The notes beneath the pieces are model-generated. The model was given only the letters and a program-made list of their open reading frames with translations, was not told where the DNA came from and did no database searches. This document shows positions 1 to 9,000 of a stretch of DNA of 45,385 nt, one piece after another. A program made the translations under genes and the position numbers. The DNA is from an uncultured Dehalococcoidaceae bacterium (GTDB lineage Bacteria > Chloroflexota > Dehalococcoidia > Dehalococcoidales > RBG-16-60-22): contig CAZRBS010000002.1 in the NCBI GenBank assembly GCA_964598405.1, positions 1 to 45,385 on the forward strand. The letters run 5' to 3'. How positions within the stretch are numbered: the stretch's first letter is position 1; the number at the start of each line of letters is the position of its first letter.

Positions 1-2225
1 GGCTCGTCGGCGAGCAGCAGGCGGGGGTATACCATATTACGGTTCCGCTTACCCGGAGCCAGAAGGTAATAGAAAGGGAAGCGGAAAGGGAGCGTATCTC
101 AACGCTGACCTCGCTGCGCCGGGTCCTGTGCCCGCGTTCGGTAGCGGTAATCGGCGCTTCCAGGGAAGCAGGCAGTATCGGCCAGATTATTTTGCGGTCC
201 ATAATTGAAAGCGGGTTTAACGGGGTCGTCTATCCGGTGAACCCCAAAGCAGAGCAGATACTTTCGGTTAAGGCCTACCCATCGGTACTTGACGTGCCGG
301 GTGAGGTAGACCTGGCCGTTATCGTCGTGCCGACGCAGCTTGTGGCCAGGGTGGCCGATGAATGTGGTATGAAGGGAGTGCATGCCATCGTTGTTATCTC
401 TGATGGCTTCAGGGAAAGGGGGCCTGAAGGTGCTGCCCGGGAAGAAGAACTGCGCGATATTACTCTGGGCCATGGCATGCGCCTGGTCGGGCCGAACTGT
501 ATGGGGGTTATCAATACTGACCCCGGAGTGAACCTTAATGCTTCCTTTTCCCCCACCTATCCTCAAAGCGGTAATGTGGCCTTCCTTTCTCAGAGCGGCG
601 CCATGGGGGTGGTTATCCTGGAATATGCCAGCAGCCTTAACATGGGGGTGTCCAGCTTTGTCAGCGTTGGCAATCGGGCTGATATCTCGTCAAACGATTT
701 GCTGAGCTACTGGGAGCAGGACCGGGCAACCGGAGTTATCCTGCTTTATCTGGAGTCTTTCGGTAACCCGCGCAAGTTCAGCCGCATTGCCCAGAGGGTT
801 TCGGCAAAGAAGCCAATCCTCGTCGTGAAAAGCGGCACCACCAGGGTTGGCTCGCGTGCCGCCTCATCGCATACCGGCGCCCTGGCTACCTCGGAGGTGG
901 TATCGGACGCCCTTTTCCGGCAGGCAGGCATCATCCGTGTGGATAGCATTCAGGAGCTGTTTGATGTGGCAACCCTTCTTTCCAACCAGCCCCTGCCCGG
1001 AGGCAGGCGGCTGGCAATAGTGACCAATGGCGGCGGACCGGGCATTATCGCTGCCGATACTTCGGAGCGGAACGGGCTGGTGCTGCCGGAATTCAGCCCG
1101 GAAACAGCGCAGAAACTGGGCACCGTGATGAAGCGGGATATCAAACTCAATAACCCTCTCGACCTGACCGGCAGTGTTACGGCGGAGGAATTCGAGGGCG
1201 CGCTGAAAATACTGGCCGAAGACAGAGGCACTGACGCCGTTCTTGCCATATTCGTGCCGGCGGTGGCTGTGGACCCGGCGACCATGGAAAATGCGATGTG
1301 CCGGATGGTTCCGGTTTATCAGCGGCAGAAAAAGCCAATACTGGCTTGCTTTATGGGGCGGAAAGGCTTCTCGGCCAAGCTGGGCGAGAGCGGCAAATCG
1401 GTGCCGTTCTATCCTTTCCCGGAAAATGCTGTCTCCGCGCTGGCCAGAGCGGCCGAATACCGGGAGCTCGCTAAAAAAGCAAAAGGAACGGTTCCCAGGA
1501 TGCACGGCCTGAAGAAAAGAAAGGCCCGTAACCTGGTTGAAAAGGCGATGAGCCGGAGCACCCAAAGACCTCTCTGGCTCTCTGCCGGAGAAATTTCCGA
1601 ACTGCTTGCTTGTTACGGTATGAGGACCGTGGAAACGGTCACTGCCAGGACGGCAAAGGAGGCAGCCGAGGCGGCGTCAGAGATGGGTTTTCCGGTTGTC
1701 GTAAAGCTCGGTTCGTCCACCATCGTCCATAAGACCGATGTCGGCGGGGTAAGGCTTAACCTGAGATCGGAAGAAGAAGTAAGGTCCGCCTTCGGGAAAA
1801 TTCGTTCCAGGCTTGCTGAGATGGGTCGCGAATCGGAGATGGAAGGGGTCATCGTACAGCGCATGGTGAAGGCGGGGACGGAAGCAATCGCCGGGATGAC
1901 GGAAGACCCGACCTTCGGGCCGCTGATAATGTTCGGCCTTGGTGGAATACATGCCGAGCTGCTCAAGGACGTGGCAATCAGATTACACCCCCTTACGGAA
2001 CAGGATGCCAGAGAGCTAATCAGTTCCATCAAGATGGCAAGGCTGTTTGAAGGGTTCAGAGGCTCGCCGCCCGGTGATATCCAGGCGGTCCAGGATATGC
2101 TGCTCCGGCTATCGGCTCTGATTGAGGATATACCGCAGATTGCGGAACTGGACTTGAACCCGGTGAAAGTTATGCCGCGGGGTAAAGGTTACTGGATAGT
2201 GGATGCCAGGGTTTCGGTGCAATGA
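1..2225 (+). CDS. ADP-forming acetyl-CoA synthetase / acetate--CoA ligase family protein (CoA-binding, CoA-ligase and ATP-grasp domains), 5'-partial
   Basis: The frame of ORF 192..2225 stays open to the window edge (phase from nt 3). It encodes ...RSVAVIGASREAGSIGQIILRS..., the Rossmann/CoA-binding motif, upstream of the TTG at 192. No ATG/GTG/TTG occurs in frame between 3 and 192, so the true start lies outside the window. Downstream motifs fit fused AcdA/AcdB-type enzymes: VNPK...AYPSVLD, LVGPNCMG, SQSGA, and a C-terminal ATP-grasp (GFPVVVKL...HKTDVGGV). Confidence 0.85.
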   Translation, partial: LVGEQQAGVYHITVPLTRSQKVIEREAERERISTLTSLRRVLCPRSVAVIGASREAGSIGQIILRSIIESGFNGVVYPVNPKAEQILSVKAYPSVLDVPGEVDLAVIVVPTQLVARVADECGMKGVHAIVVISDGFRERGPEGAAREEELRDITLGHGMRLVGPNCMGVINTDPGVNLNASFSPTYPQSGNVAFLSQSGAMGVVILEYASSLNMGVSSFVSVGNRADISSNDLLSYWEQDRATGVILLYLESFGNPRKFSRIAQRVSAKKPILVVKSGTTRVGSRAASSHTGALATSEVVSDALFRQAGIIRVDSIQELFDVATLLSNQPLPGGRRLAIVTNGGGPGIIAADTSERNGLVLPEFSPETAQKLGTVMKRDIKLNNPLDLTGSVTAEEFEGALKILAEDRGTDAVLAIFVPAVAVDPATMENAMCRMVPVYQRQKKPILACFMGRKGFSAKLGESGKSVPFYPFPENAVSALARAAEYRELAKKAKGTVPRMHGLKKRKARNLVEKAMSRSTQRPLWLSAGEISELLACYGMRTVETVTARTAKEAAEAASEMGFPVVVKLGSSTIVHKTDVGGVRLNLRSEEEVRSAFGKIRSRLAEMGRESEMEGVIVQRMVKAGTEAIAGMTEDPTFGPLIMFGLGGIHAELLKDVAIRLHPLTEQDARELISSIKMARLFEGFRGSPPGDIQAVQDMLLRLSALIEDIPQIAELDLNPVKVMPRGKGYWIVDARVSVQ

Positions 2226-2375
2226 TGATGCCGGGGTTTCCCCGTCTTCAGGCAGGGCTGCTTTACATAACAGCAGTCCCTGACCATTAGAGGGATTCTT
2301 GCGGCGATGTGGTAAAATAGCGTGGTAAGCTGGTTATGAGCCGTTTTCGATAGCGATTTGCTAGGATGCCGATTC

Positions 2376-3452
2376 ATGGATAAATTTCTATCTCTGGTGA
2401 TTCCCACCTATAACGAAGCAGCTTCGATTGCGCCGCTGGTGGAGAGAATAAATGGCGCTCTGTCCAAGTTCAACTACGAAATCGTCTTTGTTGATGATGA
2501 CAGCGGCGATGGTACTGCTGAGATTGCCTCCAAACTGTCCGCCAGATACCCGATAAAGGTGATTGTGCGCAAGGGTAAGCGGGGCCTGGCGACGGCGGTT
2601 GTCGACGGGCTGAAGCAGGCGGATGGCAGCGTTGTGGCGGTGATGGATGCCGACCTCCAGCACCCTCCCGAAGTTATCCCTGACCTGCTCAAGGAGGCGG
2701 AAAACGGGGCGGATGTCGTAATCGCCAGCCGCTATGTCAGAGGCGGGGAGTGCCAGAACTGGAGCCTGGCTAGGGCTGTTATATCGAGGGGGGCGATATT
2801 TCTTGCCCACCTTCTATTGCCGCTGACACGGCGGGTCAGTGACCCCGTGTCAGGTTTTTTCCTGTTCCGCAAGTCGGTGGTGGCTGGGGCCGGTCTCAGA
2901 CCTGCCGGTTACAAGATACTTCTGGAAATACTCATCGAGGGGAAGTACCGGAAGGTAACCGAGGTCCCCTATACTTTCCATAGCCGGCGACAGGGGAAAA
3001 GCAAGCTGGGTTCCAGGCAGCAGATAGATTACCTCAGGCATGTCTACAGCTTGATGAAGAGGAAAGGAGAACTGTTAAGGTTCGTCAAGTTTTGCCTGGT
3101 GGGGGCCAGCGGGGTTCTGGTCAACATGGGGCTTTTGTGGCTGCTCACCGAATTTGCCGGACTGTTTTACCTGCTGTCGGCTGCCATCAGCATTGAGTCG
3201 TCCATCATCTCAAATTTCACCCTCAATGATTACTTCACCTTCCCGGACCGCCGCTTGAAGGGAGGCAGAAATTTCCTCAAGCGGCTGGTGAAATTCAATA
3301 TGGTCAGCCTGGTGGGGTTGGGGTTGAACATGACGGTGCTCTGGCTGCTCACCAGCGTGCTGGGGGTGTACTACCTCCTTTCCAACCTCTGCGGCATAGC
3401 GGCGGCTATTCTCTGGAACTACGTGGTTAACTTCTGGTGGACATGGAAATAG
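2376..3452 (+). CDS. Family-2 glycosyltransferase (polyprenol-phosphate mannose/glucose synthase-like) fused to a GtrA-like membrane domain
   Basis: The N-terminus LSLVIPTYNEA...IVFVDDDSGDGT...VMDADLQHPP is a typical GT2/Dpm1-like signature. The C-terminal ~120 aa form 4 hydrophobic helices (FCLVGASGVLVNMGLLWLL...NFWWTW) typical of GtrA. The ATG at 2376 is preferred over the TTG at 2358 in the track. Confidence 0.85.
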   Translation: MDKFLSLVIPTYNEAASIAPLVERINGALSKFNYEIVFVDDDSGDGTAEIASKLSARYPIKVIVRKGKRGLATAVVDGLKQADGSVVAVMDADLQHPPEVIPDLLKEAENGADVVIASRYVRGGECQNWSLARAVISRGAIFLAHLLLPLTRRVSDPVSGFFLFRKSVVAGAGLRPAGYKILLEILIEGKYRKVTEVPYTFHSRRQGKSKLGSRQQIDYLRHVYSLMKRKGELLRFVKFCLVGASGVLVNMGLLWLLTEFAGLFYLLSAAISIESSIISNFTLNDYFTFPDRRLKGGRNFLKRLVKFNMVSLVGLGLNMTVLWLLTSVLGVYYLLSNLCGIAAAILWNYVVNFWWTWK

Positions 3453-4633
3453 CAAAGCGGAAGCTGCGCTGGCTGCTCAAATGGGAATACACCGGGCTCT
3501 GTTTGCTCGTGCTGATTACGCTGGTTCTGCACTTCAGCATTATCAACAACCCCGGCACCCCCCTGTTTGACGAGGAATATTACGTTGGCGATGCCAGGGC
3601 CATCCTCAGCGGAGAGGGCACTCTCCGTGCGGAACACCCCCCACTGGGGGGGCTGATAGTTACCTTCGGCATGCTCCTTTTCGGGGACAACCCTTTCGGC
3701 TGGCGTTTTTTCTCGGTAATATTTGGCACCGTCAGCGTTGTTCTCCTGTATCTCATCTGCCGCCGGCTGGAGCTGTCCAGAAGGACGTCGTTCCTGGCTA
3801 CCTTCCTGCTGGCTCTGGAAAATCAAAGTTTCATCCAGGCGAGTATCGCCATGCTTGACGTTTACAGCGTAACATTCATGCTGGCCGCTTTCTGGTGCTA
3901 TCTCAGAGGTAATTATCCTCTGGCCGGAGTGGCAATCTGTCTCAGCACCCTGGCCAAACTCAGCGGGGCTTTAACCCTGCCGGTAATCGCCCTGCACTGG
4001 CTGCTGACAAGGCGGAAGCGGTGGGTCAATTTCAGTGCTTCCATGTTTCTGGCGCCACTTTTATTTCTGGAACTGATTCCCCTGATTGACTTTGCCATCA
4101 TCGGACGGCTGGCGGAGCCGGTTACCCGGATATGGAATATACTGAGCTTGAGCGGCGCCGTAACCTATTCTTATGCCACCCATCCCTATGCCAGCCGGCC
4201 CTGGGAGTGGCTCTGGAACCCGGAGGTGATGCCTTACTGGTATACGCCTCACTATACCGCAGCCATCAGCTTCACTGTCTGGGCCTTGATTATCCCCACC
4301 GTGCTTTACATGGCATACCGGGCGAAGAAGGGTGACCAGGCCGGGTCTTTTGTTATCGCGTGGTTTGCCAGCACTTATCTGGTGTGGATACCCCTGAGTA
4401 TAGCCACCGACCGGCTTACCTATGTGTATTACTTTTATCCTACCATCGGGGCAATCTGCATCGGTCTCGGGATAGGGCTCTCCCGACTTATCGGCTTATG
4501 GGAGAAGGGGAGAAGCAGTAAACGGAGACTGGCGGCACTGTCCGCCGTGCCCCTGTATCTTTTGCTGCACACCGCCATTTTTGTTGTCCTGTCCCCCCTG
4601 TCAAGCTGGTGGCAGTTCCCCATTCCGCAGTGA
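3437..4633 (+). CDS. GT39/PMT-like polyprenol-phosphate-dependent glycosyltransferase (integral membrane)
   Basis: A polytopic membrane protein with the loop DEEYYVGDARAIL...EHPPLG characteristic of PMT/ArnT-type (GT-C) enzymes. It overlaps the upstream GT2 gene by 16 nt (GTG 3437; alternative ATG 3443). Confidence 0.7.
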   Translation: MDMEIAKRKLRWLLKWEYTGLCLLVLITLVLHFSIINNPGTPLFDEEYYVGDARAILSGEGTLRAEHPPLGGLIVTFGMLLFGDNPFGWRFFSVIFGTVSVVLLYLICRRLELSRRTSFLATFLLALENQSFIQASIAMLDVYSVTFMLAAFWCYLRGNYPLAGVAICLSTLAKLSGALTLPVIALHWLLTRRKRWVNFSASMFLAPLLFLELIPLIDFAIIGRLAEPVTRIWNILSLSGAVTYSYATHPYASRPWEWLWNPEVMPYWYTPHYTAAISFTVWALIIPTVLYMAYRAKKGDQAGSFVIAWFASTYLVWIPLSIATDRLTYVYYFYPTIGAICIGLGIGLSRLIGLWEKGRSSKRRLAALSAVPLYLLLHTAIFVVLSPLSSWWQFPIPQ

Positions 4634-4756
4634 CGGTTTGCCATCCGGAGAAAAGCGGTGCTGCGGGAATGTTTGCCTGCCATGCTTTAGTCCGGGGATC
4701 CCGGATTGTTGAAAACGGGGCGGCGACCCTGTAGAATTCTTGACGGTGGAGAACCG

Positions 4757-5242
4757 ATGAACCTGTCCGGTTTTTTGGTTAGCAACAAGGTTTATCACGA
4801 ATTTCTGGAGAAAAAGTCCACCCGGCATGCCTCGGAAGCATCCCAGGCAGTCGGTGTGCCTCTGAGCGAGATAATAAAGACCCTCGTTTTTACCGACCAG
4901 GACTCGCGCCCGCTGCTGGCCGTAGTCCGGGGCGATTGCAATGTCAGCCGGCACAAGCTCGAGCGCTGCTCGAACTCGAAATCGGTGAGGCTCGCCTCCG
5001 ATGATGCGGCTGAGGCGGCCACCGGCTATCCCACGGGAGGCATACCTCCGGTGGGGCATAAAAAGAAGCTGCGCACCTTTGCGGACAGGAAAGTCCTTGA
5101 CCGGGAATATGCCTGGTGCGGTGGCGGGGCCAGGTCCAAGCTGGTCAGGTTGAGGACAGAAGATATAGTAAGGTTGAACGAAGCCACAGTTTGCGACATA
5201 TCGGTGGAACAGGCAGGGGCAGGTCCACAGTTTCCGGCATAA
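4757..5242 (+). CDS. YbaK/EbsC-family aminoacyl-tRNA editing (deacylase) domain protein
   Basis: IKTLVF...RPLLAVVRGDCNVSRHKL...GYPTGGIPPVGH is a YbaK/ProX-type signature. ATG 4757 is preceded by GGTGGAG (4745-4751). The TTG at 4706 in the track is probably an over-extension. Confidence 0.85.
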   Translation: MNLSGFLVSNKVYHEFLEKKSTRHASEASQAVGVPLSEIIKTLVFTDQDSRPLLAVVRGDCNVSRHKLERCSNSKSVRLASDDAAEAATGYPTGGIPPVGHKKKLRTFADRKVLDREYAWCGGGARSKLVRLRTEDIVRLNEATVCDISVEQAGAGPQFPA

Positions 5243-5291
5243 GCGGGTAATTCAAAGAGTATCCGTTTTTTCCCACGAATGGCTTGAATGG

Positions 5292-5347
5292 TTGACGGAA
5301 AAAGGCGTTTATATTATTATATTGCTGTATGATAATATAGTAATATA
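5292..5347 (+). promoter_or_regulatory. Candidate sigma70-type promoter (TTGACG-17-TATTAT) overlapped by a 14-nt inverted repeat (putative ArsR/SmtB operator)
   Basis: TTGACG lies at 5292-5297, followed by a 17-nt spacer and TATTAT at 5315-5320. The inverted repeat is TATATTATTATATT (5310-5323) and AATATAGTAATATA (5334-5347). The arms match 13/14 with a 10-nt spacer, and the repeat ends 10 nt before the ArsR ATG. Confidence 0.4.
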
Positions 5348-5357
5348 AGGTCCGGTT

Positions 5358-5699
5358 ATGGCAGATAGCACAGAGAACGGTACCAGAGCAGGGGTTTTTC
5401 AGTTGCAGGCTGAATTCTGCAAGTCCCTTTCCGCGGCAAAACGCCTTCAGATTATCCACGAACTGCGTGCCGGAGAAAAGTCAGTCGGTGAACTGTCGGA
5501 ACGTCTGGGAATTAAACAGTCCAACACTTCACAGCACCTCGGGTTGATGCGGAAGGTGGGAATCGTTATCCCGCGGCGGGAACAGACCACCGTCTACTAC
5601 CGGCTGGTTAATCCCAAAATTGCTGAGGCCTGTGACCTGGTGCGCCAGGTTATCGTTGAGCAGGCATACAGGCAGAAGGAACTTGCCGGCCCGGGATAA
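5358..5699 (+). CDS. ArsR/SmtB-family metalloregulatory-type transcriptional repressor
   Basis: The winged-HTH signature is LSAAKRLQIIHELRAGEKSVGELSERLGIKQSNTSQHLGLMRKVGIV...VYYRL. Confidence 0.9.
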   Translation: MADSTENGTRAGVFQLQAEFCKSLSAAKRLQIIHELRAGEKSVGELSERLGIKQSNTSQHLGLMRKVGIVIPRREQTTVYYRLVNPKIAEACDLVRQVIVEQAYRQKELAGPG

Positions 5700-5791
5700 A
5701 ATCAGGGAACGAGTGTTCTTTATCTTAGCAGCTATCACGGCGGCAGCCGGTGATATGGCATGAAAATAAGAATCAAGGAAGGGAGAAAGAA

Positions 5792-5974
5792 GTGTCAGCG
5801 CAGGAATACCGGTGTCAGCAGTGCAGGGCCAGGTTTAAGGGACCTGATGATAGTTCCGGCGGGTCCGTGGTGGAGTGTCCTTCATGCGGGAGCGAGAAGA
5901 CGGAGAAAGTAGAGCTTTCCCGCAAGCTCGATGAATTTCTCGCCAGGTTTATGATGACGCGTCCGGGTGGCTGA
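5792..5974 (+). CDS. FmdB-family (CxxC...CxxC) zinc-ribbon small protein
   Basis: EYRCQQCRARF...ECPSCGSEK matches the FmdB/CxxC_CxxC_SSSS pattern. GTG 5792 is preceded by GGAAGGGAG (5776-5784). The GTG at 5750 in the track is a possible alternative. Confidence 0.65.
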   Translation: MSAQEYRCQQCRARFKGPDDSSGGSVVECPSCGSEKTEKVELSRKLDEFLARFMMTRPGG

Positions 5975-6038
5975 GGTTAACCCTTTCTGGGCCGTGTGCC
6001 CGCCTGGAGATAAAATTACCCGGAGTAAGGAGGTTACC

Positions 6039-9000
6039 GTGGGTAGAATAAGTGCGAAAAAGAGGGCTTATCTGGAGCAGAGATTTGGCAGCCGGGCATC
6101 TTTTTCCAGGACGGAAAGGAAGCTTTACGGGCATGACATTGCCGCCATGCCCGGCATTATCAAGCCGCTGATTGGCAGCACCATCCCGGAGGCTGTTGTC
6201 CAGCCGGAGACTGAGGCGGAACTGGTGGAACTGGTCCGCTGGGCAGCGGAAAACAAGGTGCCGCTCACTCCGCGCGGCAAAGCTTCAACCGGCTACGGCG
6301 GTGCGCTCCCGGTGAAGCGGGGTGTGGTGGTCGATTTCTACCGCATGAAGAAAATCCTGAAGATAGATTCCGCTGCCATGACCGCCACGGTGCAGGCGGG
6401 AGTGGTGTTTGAGAAGCTGGACCGTCAGCTTGAGAAACACAAGCTGACCCTGCGGCTCTACCCCAGCAGCTATCCGGCGGCAACGGTGGGTGGGTGGCTG
6501 GCCCAGGGGGGAGCTGGCATCGGCTCGTTTGAAGCCGGCTGGTTTCGCGACAACGTTGTCGGTGCCCGGGTGGTACTGCCCGACGGCGCGGTTCGGGAGC
6601 TCAGCGGCACGGAGCTTGATTTGGTATCTGATGCTGAGGGTATTACCGGCCTGATAAGCGAGGTAACGCTGCGTGTTCAACCGCTGGAGGATATAGAAGT
6701 AGCGGCCGTGGGCTGTCCGGATGCCGGAGGACTGCAGCAGCTCTCCCAGGCCCTGGTTGACCACAAACTGCCAATCTGGTCGCTTATCTTTATCAACCCG
6801 CGTATGGCGGAACTGAAGAACAGGGCTCCGCTCATGGAGCACCACGGACATCCGGCGGAGGAAAGGGTGCTTCTGCCGGCTTCGTACATTATAACCCTCT
6901 CTTTCCGCAAGAAGGACAGGGCGGCTGTAATGGGTAAATTGCCCGGGATAATGAAGTCGTGCAATGCGGAGATGCTCAGCGAGCGTATCGCCCGGCATGA
7001 ATGGAAGAATCGTTTCAAGCTGATGATTGTCAAACGCCTTGGCCCCAGCCTGGTGCCTGCGGAGGTGGTGGTCCCCCTCTCCGGCCTGGGTAAAGTGCTA
7101 GCCGAGATAGAAAACAAAGTGGACCAGCCCATCGTCAAAGAAGGGGTTGTCATCAGGGAAAGTTTTAACGGACAGCCCGAGGTGGTTATCCTGGGCTTTA
7201 TTCCCGGCGACCAGCGTAAATTCAGTTATAACTTTGTCTTCCCGCTGGCGCTGACCATTATGAGAATTGCCGAAAAGCACGGTGGGCGTCCCTACTCCAC
7301 CGGCCTTTATTTCTCGAGAAAAGTTCTGGCGGTGCTGGGCGAAGAGAGGACCTCTCGCCTCAGGGCGTTTAAGGGCAAAGTTGACCCGAAAAATATCCTT
7401 AACCCGGGCAAGGTTCTCGGTGGCGGAGCTGTCGGCCTGGCGGTTACGGCTGCCGGAGCCTTTGAACCCCTTATCAGACCTTTTGGCAATTCCATTATAA
7501 CCCGCATCGGGGAGGCACCGGCCAGACCCGTGCGCGGTATCCCGGCTGATGTGGCCTGGTACGCTTACAGCTGTTCCCAGTGCGGCTACTGCGTGGATGA
7601 GTGCGACCAGTTTTACGGTCGGGGATGGGAGAGCCAGAGCCCGCGGGGGAAATGGTACTGGCTTCGAGAATATATGGAGGGCCGCGAGAAGTGGAACCAG
7701 TTTATGGTGGATACCATCATCGTCTGCACCACCTGTGAGCTGTGCAACCTGCGCTGCTCGGCGTCACTGCCGATCGAGCCTTCCTGGATGAAACTGCGCG
7801 GCCAGCTTATTGACGAGAAGAAAAAGATGACCTTCCCGCCTTTCGAGATGATGGCGGAGGCATTGCGAAAAGAGGGCGATATCTGGGCCGGGTACCGTAA
7901 AGACAGGGATTCCTGGTTCCCCGGGGACCTGAAAGGGAAGCACGGGCCGGGCCATCGAGCCAGAGCGGCATACTTCGCCGGCTGTACTGCCAGCTATGTG
8001 GAAAATGATATTGGCCTGGCCAGTGTCCGGCTGCTGGATGCCGCCGGGGTGGACTTTACCTATCTTGGCGAAAGGGAAAGTTGCTGCGGAACCCCCATGC
8101 TGGTTGCGGGCAAGTGGGATGTCTTTCTGGAAACGATGAAGAGCAACATCGGTGCGGTTCGAGAGTCCGGCGCCGATACGGTGATTTCATCCTGTCCCGC
8201 CTGCGATATGATGTGGCGCTATTTCTACCCGGTGTGGGCCAGAAAACTGGGCATTGAATACGGCATCAAGGCCAGACATTACAGCGAGGTGGTGGCGGAG
8301 AAAATAAAGGCAGGGGAGTTCGCCTTCCCCGCGCTGAAAGACGGCGATAAACCGGTCGCCGTGACCTGGCATGATTCCTGCCATATCGGGCGGGTATCAG
8401 GGGTGTATGACCCTCCCCGCCAGCTCATTGAGGCCATTCCAAACGTTAAGCTGGTGGAGATGGAGCACACCCGTGAGAACGCCCACTGCTGTGGCAGCGT
8501 TCTGACTCTAATCAAGGACCCGGCGGTGGCCGCCGACGTGGGTGAAATCCGCCTTAATGAGGCCCTGGAGGCCGGGGCGGAGAAAGTGCTGGCACTCTGC
8601 CCCTGCTGCGAGTTTCAGCTCCGGGTCAGCGCCGACAAGAAAAAGGTGCCGGTGGAGGTGGTGGACCTGGCGCGCTTTGCCTCGTCTCACCTGGGCTATG
8701 ATTTCCCTGACCCCCATCCCGAGGTCCGAAAGCAGTGGGCGGTCTTCGAGGCTATGATTGCCCTGATGACTCCGCAGGGTTTTGCCGACCTGATGGGGAC
8801 GATGTGGCCGGAACTTGTTGACGCCATGCCTTTCGGCATGGGCCCGATGATGCGGGCTATGGGCAAAATCCCGGGAGCGCTGAGTCTAATGAAGCCGTTG
8901 TTCCCTCTCCTGTTTCCGAGGTTGCTGCCCCTGATGATGCCGAAGGTCATGCCGGTAATGCTGGAGCGGGTGGCAGAACGCATCCCCATGCCGGACTACA

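Noticed and set aside
2253-2282. A hairpin (CAGGGCTGCT / AGCAGTCCCTG) after the acetyl-CoA synthetase gene, considered as an intrinsic terminator.
   Set aside because: The stem has a bulge and is not followed by a T-run (ACCATTAGAG). It may still pause or terminate transcription, but the evidence is insufficient to annotate it.
5145-5459. A 104-aa minus-strand ORF spanning the ybaK 3' end, the AT-rich operator and the arsR 5' end.
   Set aside because: It overlaps two well-supported genes and a promoter/operator. Its translation is dominated by the AT-rich palindrome (YYYIIIQQYNNIN) and it has no SD.
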